From: an uncultured Gammaproteobacteria bacterium
GTDB lineage: Bacteria; Pseudomonadota; Gammaproteobacteria; SZUA-140
Assembly (NCBI GenBank): GCA_947258425.1
Contig: CAMYIG010000001.1
Span: 866 to 64,865, forward strand
Reading direction: 5' to 3'
Length of the DNA: 64,000 nt
The stretch's first letter is position 1. Each line of letters begins with the position of its first letter. Under the pieces are notes generated by a model that was not told the DNA's origin, did not search any database, and was given only the letters and a program-made list of their open reading frames with translations. Below are positions 10,887 through 20,300 of this stretch, piece by piece. Made by a program: the position numbers and the translations under genes.

Positions 10887-11537
10887 ATGATTAAGGCGCT
10901 TTTTCCCTCACAAGTTGTCACCGTCACGGCAACGCCTGCCATGTGGGATGGCAAACTCTACCCCGAAGAGGCCGCTTTCATCCAGAAAGCGGTCATTAAA
11001 CGGAGACGCGAATTCACTGCTGGTAGACTATGTGCAAAAGCGGCGTTAAAAGCATTGGGGGTCACCGGCTTTCCAGTGCTGTCAGGGGGAGAGCGTGAAC
11101 CACTCTGGCCACCCGGCATCACCGGTAGCATCTCCCATTGCGATGACTATTGCGGAGTCGCACTGGCGCGTCAAGCAACGCTCACAAGCATTGGGCTAGA
11201 CATTGAAACCATTAGACCGTTAGACGACGACCTCGAAGCGATGATCTGCACACCGCAGGAAATAACACGCGCTAACCTATCTCCACCACCCTCAGGCAGC
11301 AATTGGCAAAAATTTATATTCAGTGCCAAAGAGTCTGTCTATAAATCACTGTTTCCAGTCACGCGAATTTACCTGGATTTTCAAGACCTCGACATAACCT
11401 TCGACAGTGACAGGTTGCAATTTTCAGCCACTCTGCTCACCCAGCTTCCAACAGAATATAACCTGCCAGACACCCTGACTGGCCACTTCAGGTACAACGA
11501 AAGTCACATCTTTACCGGAATTTCACTATCCCAATAA
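10887..11537 (+). CDS. 4'-phosphopantetheinyl transferase (Sfp/EntD type)
   Basis: EFTAGRLCAKAA, GSISHCDDY, GLDIETI and FSAKESVYK motifs of EntD/Sfp PPTases. It is adjacent to the NRPS genes. Confidence 0.85.
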   Translation: MIKALFPSQVVTVTATPAMWDGKLYPEEAAFIQKAVIKRRREFTAGRLCAKAALKALGVTGFPVLSGGEREPLWPPGITGSISHCDDYCGVALARQATLTSIGLDIETIRPLDDDLEAMICTPQEITRANLSPPPSGSNWQKFIFSAKESVYKSLFPVTRIYLDFQDLDITFDSDRLQFSATLLTQLPTEYNLPDTLTGHFRYNESHIFTGISLSQ

Positions 11538-11539
11538 AC

Positions 11540-12142
11540 CTAATATTTACCCAGAATAAGCCGCGCCTCACCCAGTAACATTGAGGGGTCATCCGCTGAT
11601 ACCGCTTTATAGACAGCCATTACATCCACATAATAAGTATTCCCAATCCCCCCTGAGCATGGCGGCAAATAACCGCCTACATCACCGCGATCGCTTCGGT
11701 GAAGTGCCTCAACATAAACGCCTTCCGGCAGGGCAGTGGTCTCAGCCGGAACAGAAGGGAACACAATGGAAGTCGTATCATTCGCCAGCGACATTCCTAT
11801 AACGCCATGGCCACCATTCAGCATCGGCTCGTAAGTTAAATCCCCAAATGCGAGCAGCACAGCATTTGCCTGTAATGGAATGTCAGAAATTAAGAGTGAA
11901 GGACTAGCCCCGCTGCCACCAAAATTGCGGCACTGCTGACCGTCTGGCACCGAGACCCCATCCCATTCTGAATCTGTGAAAGCGACCGCCAGTTGTGCGA
12001 CCTGTTCAGCTGGCGGGTAGGCACTCAATGGCAACTCAGGTTTGGCATCACGTTTAACGTAGAAAATAATGCCGACAAGCAGCCCTATAAAAATGATCGT
12101 GGACAGCAGGTATATCAGTTTATATGACTTATTAATATGCAT
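11540..12142 (-). CDS. Hypothetical membrane-anchored protein (N-terminal TM, periplasmic domain)
   Basis: 200-aa ORF with an N-terminal hydrophobic helix. I found no recognisable motif. It converges on the PPTase gene with a 2-nt gap. Confidence 0.4.
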   Translation of the reverse strand: MHINKSYKLIYLLSTIIFIGLLVGIIFYVKRDAKPELPLSAYPPAEQVAQLAVAFTDSEWDGVSVPDGQQCRNFGGSGASPSLLISDIPLQANAVLLAFGDLTYEPMLNGGHGVIGMSLANDTTSIVFPSVPAETTALPEGVYVEALHRSDRGDVGGYLPPCSGGIGNTYYVDVMAVYKAVSADDPSMLLGEARLILGKY

Positions 12143-12169
12143 TTAACCAACCCGGGGAGCTCTCAAACC

Positions 12170-13009
12170 TTAGTCTCTATTTAATTCGCGCGCATAAGCT
12201 TGCGCCATCCAGCCACTAATAGTCTCAATTAACTTTTCTTTATCTTTTCTCAGGATATAGGTGTGGTCTGATTCCGGAAAATAATTAACCTGTAGCTGGT
12301 CATTAAAATTCACGGCGCTGAACATATCCTTAAATTGTCCGGCATAATTATAGTCCTCATGGCCGCCACTGTAGACATACAACAGGTTTACTTTGCGCTC
12401 AACCAACTCGCGCAACTCTGCCTCGGTCTGTTGCTTTGGGGGTAATACCCAGAAGTAATCATCCTGACCTGGTCCATCGTCGACACCATCCCCTGAGGGT
12501 GAAATTAGACGTTTAATTCGGTTAAACCATCCACTCAACGAAAACAGACGGGCGCCATAGCGGCGCATCAGAAATGCAGGGGTACGATATGCGTAGCCGT
12601 CAAGAAAAATGGCACCGACCACTCGAGGGTCAATCACAGCCCCCTTATGCGCATTGGCAGCGCCGGTACATAACCCAAACAGGATGAACTTTTTGACGCC
12701 GTATTTACTCGTAAAGAAATCCATTGCAGCCTGAATATCACCAATGATCTGTTCTTCATAAGCACGCGTATCTTTATGCTTCTGGCTATCACCAATCCCA
12801 GATAGATCGAACCGAAAGGATCGCACACCCTGCACTGCTAAACGACGGGCTAATTCAACATGTAACCTAAAGGGGCCGACTCGATGGAGTAAGCCTGCAT
12901 TGAGCATAATAACGGCAGGCAACGTATCGTTAGCGACGGCCTCATCCACTTCGGTCGCAATGCCAACGAGGTCTTTATCCTGCCCAAAAGTAAATACGCG
13001 CTCCATCAC
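12170..13009 (-). CDS. Alpha/beta hydrolase-fold protein with a Cys nucleophile (candidate XrtA-associated hydrolase 1/2 type; possible acyl/peptidyl transferase)
   Basis: FRFDLSGIGDS loop; nucleophile elbow FILFGLCTGA (GxCxG, Cys where Ser is usual); C-terminal ESDHTY His. Its 4-nt overlap with the upstream gene indicates coupling. Confidence 0.7.
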   Translation of the reverse strand: MMERVFTFGQDKDLVGIATEVDEAVANDTLPAVIMLNAGLLHRVGPFRLHVELARRLAVQGVRSFRFDLSGIGDSQKHKDTRAYEEQIIGDIQAAMDFFTSKYGVKKFILFGLCTGAANAHKGAVIDPRVVGAIFLDGYAYRTPAFLMRRYGARLFSLSGWFNRIKRLISPSGDGVDDGPGQDDYFWVLPPKQQTEAELRELVERKVNLLYVYSGGHEDYNYAGQFKDMFSAVNFNDQLQVNYFPESDHTYILRKDKEKLIETISGWMAQAYARELNRD

Positions 13010-13788
13010 TTAGCACCCTCCGAAAGCATCATCACAATATCCTGCAATAATGTACTGAGTAGTAGTGCTGATTCGAGTTCTGATAACGCATCCCAATTGC
13101 CAGCGTCATCAATCACGCGGTATTCGACATCGGCACTCTGTAAACAATCGTAAAGCGCTTGATACTCGTCTTTAGCATCAGAACCTACTATAAATACCCG
13201 CTTTGCTTTCGCTAAAAAATCTTTTTTCAGATCTAATGCTTCAATCTCAGAACACATTTCCTCAGAAAATGAAAAACCCAACAGTTCATTTTCGCCTTCG
13301 CCCTGCCGAGGTACGCTAAAACGATCAGGGTCAGCCAACATCTGCTGATGCATAGACTTTTGTGACGCGATGTAGTCTCGTCCACTGACCACGGGATCCC
13401 AGAGCACGAGCTCTTCAATATTCAAAGACTCTATTGAGGACGCAATCACAGCCCCCAGGCGCAACCCCACTAATGACACTCGCGTATTGCCCGACAGGCT
13501 CTTTAACTCTTCCACCGCCATCGAGACATCTTCGCAGCTTTGTGTCAGACGCCACTCTTCTGACGAGCCAGATGAATCACCCGTTCCATAGTAATCAAAT
13601 CGAAGCACATGAAAACCGGCCTTCGCCAGCAGGTCGGCCAGGCGATTAAACATTTTAAATGACCGCATGTATTCCTGGCCGAATGGATAGCAAAGCACAA
13701 CACTCGTATCTCGTAAGTCACGAGATCTTGGCGGGTGATAGATGCCAAACAGCTGCTTATTGGAAGCGCCAAAAAAGAATGGATTCAT
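13006..13788 (-). CDS. Alpha/beta hydrolase-fold protein, apparently nucleophile-less (pseudo-hydrolase?)
   Basis: LRFDYYGTGDSSG loop; the expected nucleophile elbow reads SLVGLRLGAV, with Arg in the Ser position; no obvious C-terminal catalytic His. ATGA overlap with the downstream hydrolase gene. Confidence 0.65.
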   Translation of the reverse strand: MNPFFFGASNKQLFGIYHPPRSRDLRDTSVVLCYPFGQEYMRSFKMFNRLADLLAKAGFHVLRFDYYGTGDSSGSSEEWRLTQSCEDVSMAVEELKSLSGNTRVSLVGLRLGAVIASSIESLNIEELVLWDPVVSGRDYIASQKSMHQQMLADPDRFSVPRQGEGENELLGFSFSEEMCSEIEALDLKKDFLAKAKRVFIVGSDAKDEYQALYDCLQSADVEYRVIDDAGNWDALSELESALLLSTLLQDIVMMLSEGAK

Positions 13789-13929
13789 TTTTAAATCTCA
13801 AACGCCAAAAAGAAAGTGAGGTGCCACTTATAAAAACCTAAAATAGCACTCATCATAAAAAACCATTATAAGCATAAATACTGTTATCCCGAAACTGACC
13901 TATCATCAAGCATTCAAAAACAAGCACAT

Positions 13930-16900
13930 CTATTTATTGAGCAACCTATTTTTAATTTTATTAAAAAAACCGGGAGATGCCGCAGCTTTTCGCTCAACGT
14001 TCGCTGACGAATCGACCGATCGTTGTTGTTGCCCCCCTGTGTCCTGTATATCAGGCTTACTGTCCACATCAGGAAGCGAATGCGTTGCCGCAATGGCTCC
14101 CAGCGACTCCATCAATAAAACCCTTGGTGAAATCACAACCGCGGTCTCTTTCCGAATGCGTTCAATCACCTTCATCGACAACAATGAGTGCCCACCCAGA
14201 TCAAAAAAATTATCGTGCACACTCACTCGTTCAATACCCAGTGCTTCACACCACACGGTAGCAAGGTATTTTTCTGTCCCTGTTTCAGGGGAGACATACT
14301 CATCATTTTCATAACTATCACCAAAGGGCGCTGGTAAACGTTTCCGATCTAATTTACCGTTCGGTGTCACCGGAAAACCGTCCATTTCAACGATGTGCTG
14401 AGGCACCATATATTCGGGTAACAGGGCACGCAAGTGCGTCCTTATTTCTGTCACTGTGGCGCCTTCGCCTCGCTTATAAATAAGATAGGCCACCAGGCGA
14501 TGATCACCAGGACGATTTTCCCAGACGTTCACTACAGCTCGCTCAATGGCATCATGTTCGCTGAGCGCAGACTCAATCTCACCCAGCTCTATTCTAAAGC
14601 CTCGCACCTTTACCTGATTATCAATACGTCGCATGTACTCAACATTACCATCATCGTGATAGAACGCGAGGTCACCTGTGCGATAGAGTCGACTATTTTC
14701 ATCAAATGGATTTGGAACAAAACGCTCTGCCGTCAATTCTGGGCGATTCAGATAATCGCGCGCAAGGCCAGCGCCACCAATATAAATCTCACCCGGGACA
14801 CCAACAGGCACAGGAAGGAGATGCTCATCAAGCAGATAAATCTGCGTGTTTTCGATCGGTCGACCGATCAATACTGTTGCCTCATCCGCATCACGTTTCA
14901 CTTGATAACGCATCGACCATACTGTCGTTTCTGTCGGGCCATAGAGATTCCATAACTCATCGCATTTTTCAACAAGTTGGCTTGCCAGTTCACGCGGCAT
15001 TGCTTCACCACCGCATAATACCTTCAGGCCTGATGTGCCCTGCCAATCTGATTCCAGTAGTAAACGCCAGGTAATCGGGGTTGCCTGCATAACAGTGATA
15101 TTTTCACTGGCGATAAGCGCCAGTAGACGGGTGCCATCAGAAGCCGCATCACGACTTGCGATGACCGTTGTAGCACCGGTCGTCAGTGGCAAATAGAGTT
15201 CAAGTACTGCAATATCAAAAGAGATAGTGGTCACAGCAAGCAGACGATCAACTTCTGTCAAACCTGGCGCACGCCGCATCGCACAAAGAAAGTTGACCAC
15301 GGCACGGTGCGGCAGCGTCACTCCCTTGGGCTTTCCGGTTGAACCGGATGTATAAATCACGTAAGCAAGATCATCAGATTGACCTTGCTTTAGCGGGTTT
15401 CGATCATCTTCTGCAGCAATCTTCGACCAGTCACTATCGATAAAGACGGTGCGCCCCGCATAACCCGTCAGACGTTCTTTTAACGCCGCCTGAATCACCA
15501 CTAACGGGGCCTGACTATCGCTCAACATATATGCCAGACGTTCTGTTGGATACGCAGGATCAAGCGGCACGTAAGCGCCCCCTGCTTTCAAAATGCCCAA
15601 CAACCCCACCATCATATCCAGTGAGCGCTCAACACATATGCCGATTAGTTGGCCGGGCTCGACACCTGCTTTAATTAAATAATGCGCTAGCTGGTTTGCT
15701 CGCTTATTTAGTTCGGCATAACTTAAATGCTTATCCTCAAAAACGCATGCGGATTTATCGGGAAAACGTTCAACTTGCGCCTCGAAGAGCTCATGCAGCT
15801 TGCTTTCAGCAGGAAACACTACGTTTGTGTTGTTCCACTCATTAATAATAAGTGACCTCTGCTCATCATCAAGTAACGACAGTGTTGCCAATTTTGCATC
15901 AGGTTGCTCAACAACCCGCATGAGCAGCACCTCAAACAGTTTAACCAAACGTTCAATGGTGTGTGCCTCGAATATATCAGCATTATATGCTAGTGCACCT
16001 GAAATTCCATCCGCGCTATCAGACAACATTAAATCAAGGTCAAAATGAGCAGTACCTCTTTCAAATTGATATTCACTCACTTCCACGCCAGACAAAGGAA
16101 AGTTATCGCACAAGGTTTCATTATGAAGCATAAACATCACCTGAAACATTGAGGTATGATTCAATGCTCGATGATGAGGAATCTTCTCCAGAATACTTTC
16201 GAACGGAAGATCCTGATGCGAAAAACAATCGACAGTAGACTCAGCAACATGCTCGACAATATCTCTAAACGTTGAGTCTGATGAAAACTCTGTACGCATC
16301 ACCAGATTATTAGAAAAATCCCCGAACATACTATCTAACTCTGGTCGGCTGCGGACCGTCGGTGACATACCCGTTAAAATATCTTCCTGGTTAGTATAGC
16401 GATACAGCAGACACTGGAATGCAGATAACAGCGACATAAATAAAGTCGAACCTAACGTTCCGCTTAATATTTTAAGTTGCTGGGAAAGCGTCTTCGGCAA
16501 TAAAAACCGATGGGTCCTACCCTTAAATGACATCACTCTTGGCCGCGGATGATCAGTCGGTAGATCAAGCACCGTGTTCGCATCCTGTAGATAGGCTTTC
16601 CAGTACTCCAGCTGGTTATTCACCTCATTAGACGCCAGCCAGTACTTTTCCCATAATGCAAAGTCACGGTACTGCGCAATGAAATTATCACCAGCCCCAT
16701 CGCCTACAGGGTTAGAGCCATCCGTTTTATGCGCGTTATAAGTAGTACTTATCTCGTTAACAAGTAACCGTACAGAAAGACCATCCATTGCGAAATGATT
16801 CGTTGTCATGATGAACACATGCTCATCTTCCGCCAACTGAATAACCAACACCCGTAAGTTAATATCATTGGTAAGATCAAACGGCGTACTAATTTCAGCA

Positions 16901-17325
16901 TTCACCGTTTCGAGCAGTTGACGTTCTTGCGCCTCAGAGGAGATAGCCTTCAAATCATCAACGACCATGCTAAACAGCGTCGATGGCAACAACTTCTGAT
17001 AAAGTTCATCCTCGCCCTCTAAACAGGCAGTTCGTAACACTTCATGACGTTGTACTACCTGCTGAAGACTTTTCTCGAGAATTGTAAGATCTAACTCACC
17101 CTTGAGTCGCACTATAAAAGATTCATTATAAGCAGAGCTTGCAGGATCCATCTGATAGATAAACCAGAAACGTCGTTGCGCTGATGACAAAGGCACCATT
17201 ACATCTTCAGCAACACGTGGCAGCGGTAATTGTTTCAATCCAATCTCGATGTCATCCAGCATTACGTCAAATAATTCGAGCTGATCTGAAGAGAGCGCAT
17301 CCAGCGCTTGATATACATCCTTCAT
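13930..17325 (-). CDS. NRPS module C-A-T with predicted Gly specificity; no TE domain
   Basis: C-domain core TNHFAMDGLS (HHxxxDG variant). A-domain cores LSYAELN.., YVIYTSGSTGKPKGV, NLYGPTETT, YRTGDL, GRIDNQVKVRGFRIELGEIE, NGKLDRK. Stachelhaus positions read by eye against GrsA give D-I-L-Q-L-G-L-V-W-K, close to the Gly code DILQLGLIWK. PCP FFDLGGHSL. A ~60-aa Ser/Gln-rich tail follows, with no thioesterase. ATGA overlap with the upstream NRPS gene. Confidence 0.9.
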   Translation of the reverse strand: MKDVYQALDALSSDQLELFDVMLDDIEIGLKQLPLPRVAEDVMVPLSSAQRRFWFIYQMDPASSAYNESFIVRLKGELDLTILEKSLQQVVQRHEVLRTACLEGEDELYQKLLPSTLFSMVVDDLKAISSEAQERQLLETVNAEISTPFDLTNDINLRVLVIQLAEDEHVFIMTTNHFAMDGLSVRLLVNEISTTYNAHKTDGSNPVGDGAGDNFIAQYRDFALWEKYWLASNEVNNQLEYWKAYLQDANTVLDLPTDHPRPRVMSFKGRTHRFLLPKTLSQQLKILSGTLGSTLFMSLLSAFQCLLYRYTNQEDILTGMSPTVRSRPELDSMFGDFSNNLVMRTEFSSDSTFRDIVEHVAESTVDCFSHQDLPFESILEKIPHHRALNHTSMFQVMFMLHNETLCDNFPLSGVEVSEYQFERGTAHFDLDLMLSDSADGISGALAYNADIFEAHTIERLVKLFEVLLMRVVEQPDAKLATLSLLDDEQRSLIINEWNNTNVVFPAESKLHELFEAQVERFPDKSACVFEDKHLSYAELNKRANQLAHYLIKAGVEPGQLIGICVERSLDMMVGLLGILKAGGAYVPLDPAYPTERLAYMLSDSQAPLVVIQAALKERLTGYAGRTVFIDSDWSKIAAEDDRNPLKQGQSDDLAYVIYTSGSTGKPKGVTLPHRAVVNFLCAMRRAPGLTEVDRLLAVTTISFDIAVLELYLPLTTGATTVIASRDAASDGTRLLALIASENITVMQATPITWRLLLESDWQGTSGLKVLCGGEAMPRELASQLVEKCDELWNLYGPTETTVWSMRYQVKRDADEATVLIGRPIENTQIYLLDEHLLPVPVGVPGEIYIGGAGLARDYLNRPELTAERFVPNPFDENSRLYRTGDLAFYHDDGNVEYMRRIDNQVKVRGFRIELGEIESALSEHDAIERAVVNVWENRPGDHRLVAYLIYKRGEGATVTEIRTHLRALLPEYMVPQHIVEMDGFPVTPNGKLDRKRLPAPFGDSYENDEYVSPETGTEKYLATVWCEALGIERVSVHDNFFDLGGHSLLSMKVIERIRKETAVVISPRVLLMESLGAIAATHSLPDVDSKPDIQDTGGQQQRSVDSSANVERKAAASPGFFNKIKNRLLNK

Positions 17326-20300
17326 TTCACGACTCCTTTTTGCTCAACTAAACTGCGCGCGCTCAGTTGGTCACTCACTTCCCCTTTCGACAACTGTTTA
17401 ATCCGTTCAATCAGCCCTATCACACGCGAGTTAACATCCTCTTTAATCGCTACATTATTTTCACCATTCCGATATATTGCGCCACCCAATAGTGAGTGCA
17501 CAAAATAATGCCGCTCTTCAACATCAAACAACGCTCTAACCTTGTCAAAGTTTGCACCACCAATCTGACAAACAGCCAAATCGTGCTCACGCGCAGATTC
17601 ATCAATAAGGTGTGCGATGATCCCTGTTTCGAGTTTAGCCAGATAAGTAGAATACTTACCATAAGATGGCGCAACGGCACCAAGATCAGTGACAAAAAAT
17701 AGTGAAAATGCAGCTTCATCATAGATAGGAGTATTAACATACGGGACATGAATCGCGCGACTGATCTGCGCATCCTTTGTTAACGTGACCAAACGATGTT
17801 CAATGGGATGATAATAATATGTGCCCGCAGGAATGCCTTCGATTCTTCCTGGTTTAACATGCAGATAAACCTGCGTAGCGTAAAGCCCACCAGGGGAGGA
17901 ATAAAGATACTTTGGTTTACCATCCACCTCTATCTGATAAAAACATGACAGAAAATCACTAAACTGATCAAAAGGGATACACTCCAGTGAAAAACGTCGA
18001 TGACTAAAACGGTTCGCATATTTTTTCCTGAACGCTTCATCATCCACTGGTTTTTTGAGTTGTAAAAACTCTTTGCCTTCATCATTTTTTCGTATACCGG
18101 GCTGCGAATTCTTAAATGCCTCTCGCTCCGCGGGGTCGCGTAACTGCTGATATGAGGCAATCAGTGCTTTGACGCCCGAAAGTTCGCCTTCATCCTCGAC
18201 CGTTTTTTCCTTGTTGTCCTGCGCGCTATTGCTACGACAATAATCAGCAATGGCATTGACACTCTGAAGACGAAATATCTCATCCATACGCGGCCGAAAA
18301 CCAAACATCTTCTCCAGTTGATTACCAATCTTCACCATATCAAGCGAATTGGCACCCATTGATATCAGGTTCGCTTCATTCGACAGGTTATCCATTGATA
18401 ACAGCTCACAGATCATCGCATTCAACTGCGTAACAATCTCAGAATTATTAGCGGAGAGTGCGCTCTCTGAAGGACTGTCCTGCGGCTCCGGAAGTGATTT
18501 TCGATCCACTTTTCCGTTACGTGTCAGTGGCAGCTCATCCAGCGTTATAAACATGGCAGGCACCATGTAGTCTGGAAGTCTGCTAGCGAGATGTTCACGC
18601 AATTTATTTTCATCGATGGCATATCCCGGCGCCTTAACGAGATAAGCCAGCAGTCGCTGTTTTCCCGTCTGCGCAACCGTTACAACAGCGCTTATCACTG
18701 ACTCATGCTGTTGCAGTGCAGCCTCTACTTCACCACACTCAATCCGCTGCCCCTGAATCTTTATCTGAAAATCGGTACGGCCGACAAATTGAATATTGCC
18801 ATCGGGGAGGTAACGTCCAAGATCGCCAGTACGGTAAATCCGTTCACCAGTCTCCGGATGTTTTACAAATTTTTCAGCGGTTTTCTGTTCGTCCTGCCAG
18901 TACCCCATCGCAACGCCGATGCCGGCGACACACATCTCACCAGCCACCCAGTCAGGACACGGCGCAAGCGCCTCATCAAGAATATAATAGCGAGTATTCG
19001 CGATCGGCTTTCCGTATGGGATGCTTTTCCACGTGGGGTCAATCTGCTCAACGGGATACCAGATATTCCAGAGTGTCGTCTCCGTCGGCCCACCCACACT
19101 CACCAGTTGCGCACCTGTTTCTTTTTTAAGCCGCGCTGGCAACCCCAGTGGAATCCAGTCCCCCCCCAGAAATGCAGTCCGTAGACTATCGGGCGCGGTA
19201 CCGGGGTGACTCTCTACGTAGCACAGCAGCATATCCATCATTGCCGGTACAGAATTCCAGATGGTGGGCCTAAACTTCTGCATCATATCCACCCAATGAG
19301 CCGGGTCTCGACGCTCTTCTGGATCGGGCATCACGATTGAGCCGCCAGCACCCAGCATGCCAAACATGTCATAAATCGACATGTCATGATGCAGTGCAGT
19401 GACCGCTAATACACGGTCATCCGAACCCACATTAAAACAGCGGTTGGTTTCAACGATGGCATTCACCACGCCTCGATGGTTTAACATCACCCCTTTCGGT
19501 GTTCCGGTCGAACCAGAGGTATAGATGACATAAGCAAGATCATCTGGGGTCTGCAAATGAGCTAATGGCCCATCATCATATTCAGCGATATCATCGCTAT
19601 CCACACATAGCAGGGTTAAACCTTCAGGCCAGTTAATTTTATCAACCAACCACGACTGCGTTAATACTAGTTCAACGCCACTATTTGCTAACAACTTGCA
19701 TAAGCGCTCGCTCGGCTGCAAGGCATCCATTGGCGCATAGGCAGCACCCGACTGCAGCACACCATAGGCCGCAACCGCTTGCTCCCATCCTTTATCCATT
19801 ACAATCGCGACCAGCTTATTCGGCATGGCGTTCAGTTCACGTAAGCGTCTTCCCCAGCGGTTTGCTAACCCCAATAACTCTCTATAATTTAATGTTCGTT
19901 GAGTGGTAATCACGGCATCACTATCACCGGCTGTTTCAGCATGCGCAATAAACAGGTCTTGCAGCAGCCCTTGTGGCACATCGCGCTGATTATCATTGAC
20001 CTGTGCTCGACGTATTTTCTGCGACTCAGGCAGTAATCTCGTCGTAATCTCAAGCCAGCTCGCCTGCCATGCAGATTGATCAGCGGCTAGCCACTCCAGT
20101 AGCTGAATATAGGCATGTCCCATATCCTCCTGCAGCCCATCCGGGAAAAGCTCGCTGACATAGTCCCAGTCAACACCTAAGACACCCTTATATTCATAAA
20201 TATGATTATCAAGCCAGACCTGCGGCGTCTGATTAACGGCAAAAGTGACATTACCAATCAATCTTGCCGCATTAACGGTATACGCACTCGTGCCATCGGG

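Noticed and set aside
11540-12142. Possibility that the 200-aa minus-strand ORF is spurious
   Set aside because: It is kept as a low-confidence feature. It is long, has a plausible N-terminal TM helix and fills an otherwise empty 600-bp gap. It has no recognisable family and converges on the PPTase gene with only 2 nt, so it should be verified.
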